A DNA stretch of 58,945 bases, filler included, from Sphacelaria rigidula (GCA_964200075.2; 9 parts of 9 records of this genome joined end to end with filler, not necessarily neighbours in it); one strand, 5' to 3'; positions 9,146 to 23,240 are shown, counted from the first letter of the whole stretch. Notes: generated by a model not told the origin, from the sequence alone. Translations and numbers: made by a program.

Positions 9146-12100
9146 GCTTGATGGGACAAACCTAAGTAAGATAGACATGTACGACCGGTCGACGTCTTCA
9201 ACGTCTCGCGCAGGGTCACAATACAAACACGAAAACACGATTGAAAGATTGCGAACACATTGGGAGAACAAGAAAAAGATATATCGACAGCACTACAAGT
9301 ATTATCCAAAACAAAACCGGCCTTGGAAGAAATGGCAACGACATGCACATAATTAATGAGATTGTACAACAGAAACCTTGGAGACGCAGCGGGAATGCTC
9401 GGCAGCACTCTGGTGTCACCGCCGATGAACCTCCGTGAATTCCACTACTATTTTGGAGAATTAAAGCGTCTTCCCGAAATGGAAAAAGTTATGCACATAC
9501 TCGAACACGGTGCACCAATAGACACGACAGAAACTGCACTGGACTTGAGACGAACGCTCGACTACGATAGCCATAGTAGTACCGACGGTCACACCTCACA
9601 TGTCTGGAAACAACTGACGGAAGATGTGAAGAGGAACAGATGCCTGGTTTTTTTAATGATCAGCAGCCCCAGGAATTGAGCATTTTCGAGAAGCTTCATT
9701 AGGAGCAGTTAACACCAACAAGGTCCGCATCATCCATGATTTTTCGTTCGACATCAATTTCAAACCCAGTACAAGAGGAGGACTGAACGCCGTCACCAAC
9801 CCCGACAAAATTCCAGGTTGTCACTGTCGTACTACTCCGAACATTCTTACTGTCATACTACTCCGAACAATGTAGACATACTGGAGGAAGGAAGGAGGAA
9901 GATGGAACACGTACGAATAGTCCCGCCATGGGAAGGGGTCCGGCCACGACAGTACCGCAAAATATCGCGGTAGTCCCGTCGGAGGGAGGGGGGCCTGACG
10001 ATCCCTTTTTTGCTGTGGTTTATGTGGACGATTTCATATTAACTAAAAAACAACCCGACGAAGAGGACCAGTCAGCGTTACTAGCATCCACCTCTCTCGC
10101 CTCTGACCACCTGAGATTATTCGGACCAGGCGAACGCGGTGAAACTCCAATCCTAGCGCCCAGTGAAGTACCGATTCGGATACCTTCGTGGAGGCGTTGG
10201 GGTACACGATCAACACTCAGCATTCGTATTTCTGTGCCCACCCAATAGATTAAAGAAATCCGTGAGTTGTTGAAAAACGAATGGCTCTAGGACAGGTCGC
10301 ATGCTTCCGTCGCTAACATACTGAGTGTGGCCGGAAAATTGTGGAACCTCACCTACGTTGTCCGAGCCGGTAAGTATTTTGTTTGGCAGCTCTTGAGTGT
10401 TCGGTTTACATCAAGTGGGCCGTAGAAAACAGGACGAAAGAAACCAACTAAAGCTGGAGTGGGAATTCCATGGGAATACGTCCTTTTGGAAATGGGCAAT
10501 CGATCATCAATTACTTGACCAAGGAAAAACACTCGGTGCCTCTCTGGCTTCACGACGCTATTTTTCGGACGCTAGCTCCAGTGCTGTTGGAGGATACTGC
10601 CCAGAGTTGAAGATTTTCTGGCGATACACCTTCCCCCCCGCGTCGGAACTAGTCCAAAAAGCAAAAGTCAGAGGAAACTGTTCCATCACGATCAATCTTT
10701 TAGAATTGTGCGGGATGATGATGACGGCGTGCGTTATCCAGATGTTTCTTAGGGGAAAACCCACAGAACCAGGCGAACCAGTATTGATGCGGGGCGACAC
10801 CACCTCCGCAGTATCGTGGGTGAAGCGCTGCGGGGGTCTTGTGACAGGCGGGCTAACCTACTCATGAGAATGATGGGTCGCATGGAAATCATATCTGGAT
10901 GATGTCCAATAGCAAAGCACATTCGAGGTATTGACAATATACTGGCTGACGGAATTTCGAGATGGCCGGCGGACCAAGTTCAAAACAAGATTAAGCCATT
11001 GACAGGAAAACAGGGCCCGAAATATTACGACATCGGTCTTCGGGGAAAAACTATATTCGCCGTGGTTCTCCAAGAACCGCTGCCGAAAAGACGACTAGAC
11101 GATGATCTGTGGTCAATCATCCATGAAGACATGAATGAACGAAGACTATCATCGCCACTTGCGCCGCCCCGTTTTGGCACCATACCTTCCTTCCCCCATT
11201 CTCTGTCCCCCTCAATTCTCACCAGGAAAACAACACGGTCACTTACATGATGAGCAAGAGCTAGTACGAACGTTAGCCCTCGCATCCGTAGGTACCAGTA
11301 CCAAGAAGGACTACATGAGGCAATTCGAGACATGGGTAAAATGGAGAGAAGCTCGGGGGCAGCATGCCTTCCTACGAGAAGAAGACGGAGAGCTGACCGC
11401 AGTGAACTCCCTCACTACCTACGTTCATGGCGAATAGAGTTTTCTGCCACGGGAACCAGAGCTCAACAGTGCGATCATATTTGTCTGCTATTCAATATTT
11501 TTAAAAGATGTTGACGGGGTGGGAGTTATCCACTCGACACTGCATATTAACCGCGGATTACAAGGGGAATTGACAGGATGCACGGGAGAGGTAGTGTTGA
11601 GAGGAGAGTGAGGAAACCCTTGACGATAGACATCTTGAATGCGAAAGGGTCAAGAAGTAAAGAGTTGGTAGAAGAGCGCGTCAAATGGATCGGTTCGGCG
11701 CTGTCGTATTTTCTACTGTGTAGAGCCTCGGAAATCTGGGCATACAACACCGGCTTAGTACATTCCGAGTTTTGCCCCACCAGAGGCGATCTAAACTTTT
11801 TTCAAGGTTCAGGCCAACTTGAAGGGATTGGCAGGAGGGAAGCGGACAAGGTGGAGGTTACGTTTAAGGCCTCCAAGGAAAATCAAAAACAGCACGGAAC
11901 AGTAATACCTAGAAAAAGGATTCCGGTGGGACAGGACGAAGTGTACAGCCAACAGATCAACGGCGCACTAGAATTACCGCTTGAATTACTCGAGTATTAC
12001 CCTAGCCTAGGCGCACAACAAGCGCCACTGATGCAGACCCGGAGTGAAAAGGGGTGGAAAGTGATCACGCGCAACGAAGCTACCGCGGCTCTACGGCAGC

Positions 12101-15100
12101 TAGCAAGTCGCGCAGGGAAAGACCCTAGGCAGTATGCCCTGCACTCGGGAAGGATTGGGGCAGCTACAAAACTAGCAAGCAGCGCAAAGAGCAACAACCC
12201 CCTTGCGAATTCAGAGGGCGGGTCATTGGAAATCACAAGCGTTCATGATTTACGTCAGAGCTGAAGGGGAGGGAGCGCAGTTCGTTTCGGAAGCACTAAC
12301 ACGTAGCTAACGAGAACGGTCTGAGAAAAGTTTCGAAAGAGCGCAGCTTATCGGGCCGCCTAACGGGGGAAGTGTTGATCATCCCGAGTAAAGGAGACGG
12401 GTCAACAACCAAGAGCAGAAAGTCACGGGTTAGCCCGATAGCTTGCGCATCCACCGCGACGCAGTCGGTATTTATTTTGTCTTGTTTTTTGTTTTGGATT
12501 TGCATTGGGTTGTGTTTTGTTGTTTTTCGAGTTTTGATTGTGGCTTTGAAAAATTCATATTTCTCGAGCCTTGAAAAAATGGTAAGATTTCGAATAAATC
12601 TGAAGTTTGTGTTGGCGGATGACGAATTATAGGAACAGGTCACGAAATGGTGGATGACGTCACAACAGGATGGTAGGGGTCACTGTGAGAGAACAAAATG
12701 CACACCCGCACCGCTCAGTTATGTTCAGTCCCCGAGCCCACAAAACACTCCACGCTCGGCAATACTGAGCAAGGCCACGAACACTCACCGGTGCAAGACA
12801 GTCAAGTACCGTACGAGTGGTGGTTCTCGAACGTGTTCGAATCAATTTTCCAGCCCGTCGCCCTCTTACTCGAGAGAGGGTGGAACATGGGTAGATAGGT
12901 TGATTCTCGTCCTTTTTTTTTCTTCTCTTTCAATTTTCGTTTCGGTGGGGTGGTTGGGATTTTTTAGGTCTCTATCTACGTTTTTGTTTTTTCTGCGTCC
13001 GCTTCGAAAAGCCCCCCCCCCCNNNNNNNNNNNNNNNNNNNNNNNNNNNNNNNNNNNNNNNNNNNNTTAATTAATTAANNNNNNNNNNNNNNNNNNNNNN
13101 NNNNNNNNNNNNNNNNNNNNNNAGTTTCATATTTTTTGCAGCGTCCATCGGGCCATGCAAATATGCTTTCATCCCTATCACCTCTTTCAATCACCCGTAT
13201 GTCTCAAGGTGTTCTTCCTCGTCTACTCTGCGTCTGAGCGCTTCTTTTCCCGTTATTTCTATCATATCTCCTACTTTTGCCTTGTACCCCGCGTCTTCAT
13301 ATATAGACAGTATTTCGTCTTGGTTTCCTCCTATCTCCTTCCATATTTTCTCGACTTCTTTATTCGACCTTACTCGAGCCTTCCCTATCGTAGTTCTCTT
13401 CCATACAGCCTTATCAACTACAGCTGGCAATGATCTTTCTCTACATGTCATTTACGTTATATTGCCATCGCAATTTCCTCATGTTTCTGTTTGTTTTAAG
13501 TTTATACATTCCCAACTCTGCTTCGGGGGGAGGGGGATATTACCGTTCAAATAACCCTACCTCGGTGACATTTTACGTTTTCATTTCACTCCGTCTATTT
13601 CTTCCATTATTCTTCTTACACTTCCCTTTTCGTCGAGTTTCTTCCAGCGAGAGTGTCCGTTCATTTACGTTAGGTTCGTGTAGTTTGTGGTCACGGCTAG
13701 ATTCGATGCAGATCAGCGGATCAGTAGTCGATGAACGACAGGCAATCGATCGAATGGACAAAATCAGCTCAATTGCGGCCTGGTTGTGTGTATTTTCCCG
13801 TACGATCGGTATACATGCGTACACCAGAGGTAATGAGAACAACGACGTGGCATGAGTTGATTCCTTGGGTCGGCCGCTGCGCTTCGGCTTGCACGCCCTA
13901 CGCAGCCCCAAACCGTATCATGCACAGGTACCGCACGCGTCTGCAGTCTTTCCTTCCGCTATTTTTCCGCACTTCGAAGTCTGTGCTGCTCATTTTACAA
14001 GCGAGTTCTCTGTGTTTTACTCTGCCTTTACGTTTCTTTGTCCAGCTGTCTTGGCTTTTCGGACCGCCTGACGAGGACGTTGCTGCCTTTAACGACTCCA
14101 TCGTGGCGGAAATAAGGTGCGCAGTGTGATTCACGAATATAGTTTCTTCGTGATAATGTTTCGCTCGTTTAGGCTGACCTGCCCGCGCGGCGATCTGGCC
14201 CGAAACGTAGCATGGACGGCCTGATCACCTGCAGTCAGGTCGCCCATGCAAATGTTATGTAGAAGAAGCTTAGCAAGGTCACCGTAATTGAGATCGCCCG
14301 AGATCACTATGCGCTGAATTTTCCCGGCGATCTGGGCTTGAGATCATCTGCACTTTCAGGTGATGCGGATCTGGGGGATGACCGGTAAAGAGACGTTTGG
14401 TGATGTATTGACTGCTGACAACTGGACTCCCGCGCCGGTACCACGCCGTCATTTGGATGCGCAGTTTTTTGTATAGCGTGAAGGGGAGTCCGCTCGTGCA
14501 AGCCATGATTTCCCACGTAGGGGCAAATTCAGGCAAGCGTGGGTTTGCTCAAAACGCTATCGCGGTAGTCTTGGTATGAGAAAAAAACATGAAATTTGCC
14601 ACGTTCATCGCCGCAATGTCAGCACCATCCTCTTTTGTCTATTTACAGGATGCTATACCGGGAATTGAAAAGAGAGGTTTGGCGCCGACGTGTAGCTAGA
14701 AGGAAGGGCGTTCCAGTCATATTTGCTGTGGTCGAAGCGTCATTGTGCGCATCGTACTTTCTATCGGCGTTTCATCAGACACACCAAATAGTCGCGTATA
14801 TTTTGCCATCATGGAATCTTGGTGTCAGCGTGTTTGTGACACGGCCAAACATTCCACTTTAACACCACACAAATAACGCGCGAAGATTGTCAGGATAATC
14901 ACGGAAGATCCATTTTCACCCACTGAACCTGTTCACCGGAAAGGTTTTGATCCAGGTGTCGTGCATAAAAACTGGCCTTTTGGGAGGTTGAAAACCCCAC
15001 CTTCTCTTCACTATCACGGCAAAGGAACCTTCCTTCACAGCACCAAAACGAAATGTTCATCTTGGGCAACGTTCCCCTTGCAACCACGACGGTGATCCGT

Positions 15101-15599
15101 CTCTTTTACCGCTCATCAAGGGCTTGCCGTCATATTGCACGACAAAGGATATTTATTCAACAAGGTGGTGGTGGGCTGGGCAGCGCAGCAAAAAAGCACC
15201 CGGCACAGGATTTTTCAATGGAAGCGTGGGTTCTTTTTCTCAGAATAAACCTTGGAAACCTTGAAAGCATCGAAATATTTCCGGGAATAATGCAAATACA
15301 CTATCCGGCCGAAATGTGTGTCGTCGATAGTCCGAAAAAAAAACATGCGCACCTCATAGAATCCCGTGTTGACCCTTTTGGGACCGGGCCTCCAGAACGA
15401 CCGATGAGGCTGGTCAGGAATGACGTGTCTGGCGTATGCACGAAACAGTGGCGTGTTGCTGAAAATCTGCGTATATGTAACCTGTAGCCAAATGATACCA
15501 AGCCGTAGGTTTTAGTATAATCGCATGCATGATTGGAGCAGTCGGAGGGGACAGGGGATCCTGGGTTGATGATCCTTATCTGTGTGGCCCCTTGCTACT

Positions 15600-16616
15600 G
15601 GCTCGTTATGTGGTCTGTTTCTGGATTACTCCGTGATGATAACAAGTGAAAAGAAAGGACTTGTTGAGCACGAGGCCAGTGCTACTGGAGGAGTCCCTCG
15701 TGGATAGTCCTCTTATCCAGATCGTCTGGCAGAGGCTACAATATCTATATATTATTCTTGGTTGAGGAGGAAAGTCGGGCAGAAGCTTATAGAGCCAGTT
15801 GCAGCCCGAAGACAAGAGGAGACCGCAGCCTGAAGCTCACAGCATTTGGAGAACGCTCCGTGAGCTGGAGGACGCACAAGCCAGGCAAGAGTATCTCCGT
15901 GAAGTGTTTGAAGTTTAGATGACATTGCTCAAGCGGCGGCAGCGCCGCTGGTGTTACGTGAGCCATTACAGCCGCCGGAGTATGGTGAAGTATGGACCTA
16001 GGAGGCATCTCGCGTGTTTTTTGCAAGATACGTTGAATACATACAGAGGTGGGGTCTAGCCAATGCAGAAGGGATCATACGGCATGAGAGGGTGAACATG
16101 GGTCATCTCATTTCTGCCTACATTCACCGCTGCTTCGAAGACATGTACAAGGACGGTCGGACTATGACCTCCGATGAATTGCTTGATGCTGTGAAGCAGC
16201 ATGCCGGGTATACGACGACCGGTGGAAATCATGACGCTACGCGGGCTGCAGTAGACCTACGTAGGGTACTTACAATGAAGCAGAGCGATGGAAAGTCCGT
16301 GAAGGGTCGTGCTATAGTGGTTAGCTCAGACATGGAACGGTTGTTTGCTGAAAATTCGATGGTTCAAGCAATGTACCGTGCGGAGGACAGGGGTTGGTTG
16401 CCTGGCCCGGCCGAGTCGGTGTCCATAGCTTTGGCGGATGGGATTTCGCCCCCGAACTTCAAGGCGTATGTTAAAAGTGTACTAACGTATGTTGATGACT
16501 GGAAAAAAAACCTGACGACGGTGTTCAAAACAATAATTGAGGCGGCCGGCCAGTGGAAGTTCGTTGAAGCACATGGCCGGCGCGACTCTGCAACAAGTGC
16601 AGGTGGTATGCGCCGC

Positions 16617-16658
<42 letters not shown>

Positions 16659-19583
16659 AAATAGTAGCCGTCTTCGCGAGAGTCGTCCACTCGCGCGTGT
16701 TACAACTGCGGCGACATCGGACATATGATCAAGGACTGCCCCAAGCCTTGCGCTCAAGGCGTTGCACAGGGCAATGCACGAGATTTATCAGGATCTCGGG
16801 GCGGTCGTCACGGTGGACAGGGTCGTGCCAATCAGGGACGCGGGCGCGGCGGCCGCGGCCGCGGCAGCAAGCAGTCGGCGGCGGATGGTTGTTCCTTCGT
16901 TGCTCTTTCTTCCACTTCGTCATCAGGTGGTGACTCTAGATCTTATGGTTCGTCCGTAGCGGGGCGGACAGTGTACGTGGGAAACGCAAATACTTCGGTG
17001 GGAAGTGCTGGAGCGAATAGCTCTCAACCCATCGGCCAGGCAGGATCCTTGTCTGGTGCATTCCCTATGGCTGCGACGGTTGTTACAGCGTCGTCTACAT
17101 ATTTGGCGAGGTGGCCTGGTAGGACCGATGATTCGCAGCTATCGATGCCAAGTGCTGGAGGGCAGCCCTGGCGTCAGGTGACTCTTGGGACAGAACAGGG
17201 TTCTTCGGCAGGCGTGGTACCTGTCGATTGCAAGGGTGAATGCTTACGCGCAGATTTAGCCTTGCCTGGTTCTGTAGGTTCGTTTATGGCCAGCGTTGTT
17301 CTGGATTCTGGGTCCGCTCTCACGTCAATTGGTGTGGGGTTGCTTGAGCAAATGTCTTCGCAGTTCGGCGGCGCTCAGCTTCAAATTCCGTTTGAAAACG
17401 GACCGCAAACAGCGCAGACCACCACGGGTGCTCTCGTGACGGTTACACACAAAACAGCGCCAATTGCTCTTAGCGTACGTACGCCGTGGGGAGCTGTGCA
17501 GTTGCAGCCCATTTCTTCCGCTGTCATGCCCGGTAGGGACAACATGGTTCTATTTGGGATGACGACAATTAAGGAGCTGGGAATTGATTTGTATCCGCTG
17601 GCGTTGGAGAAGTTATGTCCGCGTGCTGTGCCGGTGCAACTGGCGTGGAAAATTCCAGCTATCTTGCTGCAAGGCGTGTGATCGTATCCATACGGTCATT
17701 CCAAAGCGCCTGTGAGGAGGAGGCTCCTGCTGATGAAGCAGTAGAGCGCTTGGTCGATCGGGGGCCTGATATGTTCATGAAGCCAGTAGAGGAGAGAGGT
17801 GCACGGGAGCGTGCGCTTGAGGATAGTGTGCGGCAGGCCGAGCAGAAGGGCCTGAGCGCCGATGGCGCACATTGTCTGCGCGATATTTTGGCTCGTCGCG
17901 TAGATACATTCCGCCGTGCGCTGCGTGGTGATCCGCCAGCGCGCGTTGAGCCCATGAGGGTGCAGCTTAAGCCCCACGCAAAGGCGGTGAAGGCCAAGCC
18001 CAAACGGTACGATCCGGTGAAGAGCGGGGGGCTTGCCTCATGCATCGCAGCTTTTGGTGGCGTTTGGTTTAGTGGTGAGAAACATCCAGGTGGTGCGGGC
18101 GAGTCTGGCGATGGCGGTACCGAAAAGAGACACATTTCATTTGGTCAGCGACTATCAGGCGGTGAACGCGCAAGTGGAACAGTCTCCGGGGGTGATGCCA
18201 AGCCAAGAAGACATGCGGGAGTTGTTGGGAGCCCAGTGCTTCGACAAGTTGGACCTGCTACAGGGGTATTGGCAGATGTTTCTGGCGCCGGAGGCTCAGG
18301 AAATCTTCACGATCGTCACGCCGGACGGTTTGTTTACGCCTACTCGTGTCCCGTAGGGCGTGTCGAACGCCACGGCGTATTTCCAAGGTGTGCTGGCTGA
18401 CATTTTGCGAGGTCTAGACTGTAAAGTGTGGGTGGATGATGTTTGCTATTTACTGAAACCGAAAAAGCATTATTAGCTTTGCTTGACGAAGATTTTGGCC
18501 GCCTGGGGAGTGTTGGTCTGTTCGTCGCTGCGCAGAAGTGCACCTTTTTTGCCCGCGAAGTGTTTTGGTGTGATGAGGTGTACTCCAAGGATACTGTTTC
18601 GCATGATCCCGTCCGTGTTCAAGATTTGAGCAATATGCGACGTCATCAAAACGCTAGTGAGCTGATGCAGTTTCTTCAGACGGTGAATTGGTTGCGGACT
18701 TCGCTCCCGCGCATGGCGGAAGTAGTTGCTCCGCTTCGAGTATTTCTGGAACAACTTATGGCCGGGGCTTCGCGTCGGACCAAGCGGGTGGCGCGTAATT
18801 GTCCCATTCCGGAGGATGCTTGGACAAAGGATCGTGTGCGGGCATCGCGTCCTGCGCAAGATTTGGTGGCGCAAGGGGTGCCGCTGTATCATCCTCGTCC
18901 AGGGTAAGTTGTTCTCGTGTTTCCGGATGCTTCGGATTTTCACTGGGTAGTTTTTTGACGCAAGTGCCTGTCGCAGAGTTTAGTAGTGGCATTGCGCTCG
19001 GAAACATGTCACGCGGACCCTTGGCTTTTCTGAGTGTTAGTCACAGTTGCGGTGGGCGACAATGGACAAGGAAGGTTTCGCGATAGTCAATACATTTCGA
19101 AGGCTAGACTACTTGCTTTGGGGTGGTGTCCGCATTTTCACCAATCATCGCAATCTCAAGTACATTTTTTAACCCCGAAGAGTGTGTCACATCGGTGACG
19201 AAGGCCATGGCACAACGGCTTGAAAATTGGAAAGGAGTACTAGGCCAATGCCGGTATGCCATTGAACACATTCCTGGAGAGCGCAGTTGTTGGGGAGATT
19301 TGTTACCTCGCTGGGTGAAGGTTCCTACCGTGCCCGTTCGTTCTATTGCCGTGTATAGCCCGTGTGATGCCGATGATTCGCTGCCCTCGTTAGATGTCAT
19401 TCGTACCGCGCAGCGCGAAACAGTCGGCGACGGTGTTCGTTATTTTCCAACGACTTTCGATCAAGCTACTATGGCTGACGATGGTTTGTTTCGCGTGCGT
19501 GTTGGCAGTAGTGATGTTTTGTGGATTCAGTCGGATGATGAGGCTCTACAAACTCCCTTGATGGTGTGCGCTCACATGCGGTC
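15600..19583 (+). mobile_element. Degenerate Ty3/gypsy LTR retrotransposon (gag, protease, RT, RNase H, start of integrase), truncated by contig end
   Basis: CYNCGDIGHMIKDC knuckle at 16698-16739. Protease VVLDSGSALTSI. RT blocks FDKLDLLQGYWQ, FTPTRVP and WVDDV. RNase H VFPDASDFH, FTNHRNL, IEHIPGERSCWGDLL. Domain order PR-RT-RH-IN is gypsy-like. Stops and frameshifts present; 5' boundary approximate. Confidence 0.92.
16617..16658 (+). repeat. (CAGCAA)n microsatellite encoding polyQ in gypsy gag
   Basis: Read directly; followed by AAA TAG TAG. Confidence 0.9.
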
Positions 19584-21641
19584 NNNNNNNNNNNNNNNNN
19601 NNNNNNNNNNNNNNNNNNNNNNNNNNNTTAATTAATTAANNNNNNNNNNNNNNNNNNNNNNNNNNNNNNNNNNNNNNNNNNNNAACTACAGGAGACCTAC
19701 TTGTGCTGGAATCAGTCCCCGCGTGTGACCTCTCCGACTACTTTGCCAACTACAAACCATATATATGTAGTCATCCTTGAGTACGCCCACGCATACCACT
19801 GCAGAAGTTTGTGATTTGATTTCCAGTACGTAAATACGTTCCTAGCAGTAAAGATCCAACAATAGGCGATATTTTGCTTTCATTTTGATAGCTGGAATTT
19901 CGGGAAAATGACCGGGGAGCATGGAGGCGTGGCGGATGGGGGATATTAACAAATCACAGGTATTATCGCTTCATACTAGGGTGTCAAACAGTACCAGTCG
20001 TCTGCGCGACTGACAACTAATCTACACCAAAAAAGGAGGTCTCCAGCTCAGTAGAAAATACTTTTTTCCTGCATTTTTTGGGAGCTTCGACGTGACTTCA
20101 CCGACAACCTGCGCCTGGGAAAAGTGGAAAATCCAAAACCTCCGAAAAATTGGGGCTGAACTCTTCCCCGCAAACACCGGTACAAGTAATATTGTTCTAA
20201 AAACGGGTGGGTTCCAGCCGCCTCCGGCCCCCAAGTTGCAGAGGCATCCATGCCCAAGTGCCGGGAAATGTCGTCCATCACAATGAGTAGTAGTGCACCC
20301 ATCCCTCGAAATGCTCACCGTAGCAAGGGGGACATACATAATGTATTGCTGCCGTCATGTGGTGATAACTCCTTCAAAACCGCTGTCGATACCTTCTCGC
20401 TAGTAACATTTGACCCCCCCCCCCTCCCCCTCCCCTCCGGAGACATAGTTTACGAACGCACAAAAAATCAAAAGTTGAAGGGGGCGCCAAGAACGGTTGG
20501 GACAAGGACCAGATACGGTACTATGGGACTGCATGACATTACAAATATCCAAAAGAGAGAAAATCTTGCACACATCGGACAATCATAGAGCTACCTGAGT
20601 GTTACTCGTCATTAGAGTACTGGTCCGGACCATGAGCAAGCTCGTTTGGCCCCCTTTTGCCACATTTACTCCCTACTCGTACAGCGCTGGAAATCAAGCA
20701 CGCGGAGTAGTAGCGCGAAGGTAGCGCTTTGGCTTCTCGGACCCGCGGTGACGTATCTTGTGTTCTTGGACAAGCGGATCTAAGGGTCCTCTTTGATCAT
20801 TTGCTTTCAGGTAGGTCATGAGCTGTCCGGTGTGTGAAATACTGACCTAGCCGTGGCCGTCTGCCAGTAACATTCATGACGCATACTACTGTGTCATGTG
20901 TACATCGCGCAGGGCCCTGGCCAATGTCGAGGAACAAGTCGAGGGCGGTTTTTGATACTATTTCGGCCTTTGCGATGAAGGGGGAATAGCTGAGATGATC
21001 CCCTGAGAAAAACCCACGGTACTCAGACCATAATAAAGTCAAAATAGGAACGCCTATTGGACATCTACTCCGAGTCCGAGGAGTATGTCGATTCAACTGA
21101 TTGACGGATGAAAACCTCGGGAGCCAAAAAAGCTGACTTATAGGTGAAGCTGTAAAGGGTGATGCACACCTGGTTTGATAGCACTGACCTTGTCTCAATC
21201 TGACAGGCGGGGGGGGGGGCGAAGGCACTCACACACGCCTTCCATGTGACAGTCCTGTGCACTCAACGGCACAGGTCAGATCATGCATGGAGTGGATCAA
21301 ACACATGCCGATGCAAGCGTGCGCTGATGAAAGATAGCACGTTCTGTGCGTCTGTCTACTGTAGTACAGGGATTGAATCAAAACTTGTCTCAAGCGCCAA
21401 AGAACAATGATGTCGCCACTCAACAGGTGCCCAACAAGATTTCTACTATTCAACAAGTGCCCAACAGCACTGCCACTACTCAACAAGTGCGCCGCTCAAA
21501 AGTGTCCTTCAGATCCTCGTTCATTGATTGATCGATTGATTGTCGCATTTTAACTGACCCCTTTGTTTTTCGTTTTCATTATTGATTTGTCGTGCGTATT
21601 TCTATCGTACGACATAAACATACGCGTGGCACATGAAATAC

Positions 21642-21785
21642 CTTGGGCTTGGAGGGTATCTTCACATCGGCCGCTATGTGGATGAACTCTCCGAGAGATG
21701 GATCCAGCGTGAATCGGTGTACCCCCGATCCGTAGAAGGTGAGCACCAGCTCCGTGGCTGATCCGTACATGCAATAGCCGGCCAC
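21642..21785 (-). CDS. FBP: Fructose-1,6-bisphosphatase class I, exon (4th of those recovered)
   Basis: acacag acceptor, VAGYCMYGSATELVLTFYGSGVHRFTLDPSLGEFIHIAADVKIPSKPK, gtatt donor. Confidence 0.93.
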
Positions 21786-21810
21786 CTGTGTATGTGTGTG
21801 TGTCATAACC

Positions 21811-21812
<2 letters not shown>

Positions 21813-21880
<68 letters not shown>
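21813..21880 (+). repeat. (GT)n microsatellite in FBPase intron
   Basis: Read directly, about 34 units. Confidence 0.95.
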
Positions 21881-21883
<3 letters not shown>

Positions 21884-22583
21884 CAAAGCGAACCGAAACA
21901 AAAAGAAAACATGGCGTCGATCGAAAGTGAGATCATGCGATTCTTGTTCACATTCAGACCGACAATTGCGGGATTGGTTCGATCGAGAGCGAAAATATTC
22001 AAGAACCAGAAAGAAGAGGGGATGTGTACTCGTCGTAGGACCTCCGACGACCGGTTAGCCCGCACGATAACTCGTTCAAAACTTGATTGGGGAAACTATC
22101 TTCGCTCTCGGAATTGATTGGTGTCGGGTGCTGACGACCCCCTCCCCCCCAAGAGTTCCAGAAATTCGGGGATCAAACGTTCACCGTCCTAGGTGACAAG
22201 TAAGCCGACAAAACTCGAGGAAAAAAAATGCATTACATGAAGACGCTCTATTTGAACATTCAACCCTTGCAGTACACGCGTCAACGTCGCAATCGATTCA
22301 CGGATTGCATTTGTAAAAGGTGAATACTTCAAGACGATGGCCAGAGCGACGAGGAACACAAAACAAGAACGAGAACACAACACACAGTCACAATAAAATA
22401 AAATAAAACGGAACACAAGCTGCGCACAGTACGACTGAACGGTACGGTATATCGATCATTAAAACGTGTCGATTTCAAACTGACCGAAAACCCAAATCGA
22501 AGTCAAACCAAGCCACGCGCGTCGTCCATCCTTGTAATTTTTCGTACACCAGAAGCATGAAAGCACACTTTTCTGCACAGCAC

Positions 22584-22732
22584 CTTGATGTCGGTCCCCG
22601 CGCGCAAGACATCGGCCGTGTTACCCCCCACGGCGGATTTTTTGTCGTACACGGCAAAAATGGTGCCCGTTGAAACGTTGCAGTCGATGTTGGAAGATCC
22701 GTCCAGGGGGTCGAACGCCACGCAGTACTTGC
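22584..22732 (-). CDS. FBP: Fructose-1,6-bisphosphatase class I, exon with catalytic DPLDGS motif
   Basis: tcgcag acceptor, (G)[49 protein letters not shown], gtgct donor. Confidence 0.95.
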
Positions 22733-23240
22733 CTGCGACACCACGATGTCAGGGCAAGGTGTGTGCGTGTGTGTGTTTATGTGTGTCATACTCCAAAATA
22801 TGTCATACTCCATTATATTATGCGCTAGAGTGTACGCGCCATACTCCAAATTATGTTTTTTTTTTCCCTCCAGCAAGCCAACGATGCAGCAGTCAAAATT
22901 TATGTATCGAACACTACAAAAAATAGGCTTCTCGCAAGAGCCATAGATTGCGCTGTCACTTCCTGAAACCCCTTCCCCCCCATGCTTCCCTTCACTACTG
23001 TTGTTCTAGTGCCTTCGGATTTGCCTGATAAAATAGAATAATAATATAATAGGTGAACGTGCTGGACACCAGTACAGAGAAGAGCAGTCCGCACATGAAA
23101 CCTTAAACGACGTTTCGGGGGTAAAATTGCGTTATGCGATGCTCTGACTGCGAGCCAACAAAACAGAGGTTTGACGTCTACAACACATTGGCCACAAGAA
23201 AAAAAAAAAACACACACACACACACACATTCTTTTGACAC

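Larger units (their letters stand above)
6677..12310 (+). mobile_element. Degenerate tyrosine-recombinase retrotransposon (Ngaro/DIRS type): ORF1, RT, RNase H, YR
   Basis: RT: LGAVNTNKVRIIHDFSF and FFAVVYVDDFIL (~10010-10040). RNase H: YFSDASSSAVGG, TINLLELCG, RGDTTSAVSW, HIRGIDNILADGISR. YR: SYFLLCRASEIW, YALHSGRIGAAT and frameshifted IQRAGHWKSQAFMIYVR (12209-12310). Multiple stops and frameshifts; the 5' boundary is approximate. Confidence 0.9.

Noticed and set aside
11578..12264. Prophage or bacterial integrase
   Set aside because: It follows RT and RNase H in the same orientation, as in YR retrotransposons.
13123..15490. Possible decayed coding sequence on the minus strand
   Set aside because: Frames are interrupted by stops and I recognise no motif.
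15492..15500. TGGTATCA primer-binding site on the minus strand
   Set aside because: Only an 8-nt match, in the wrong orientation for the gypsy element, with no LTR pair.
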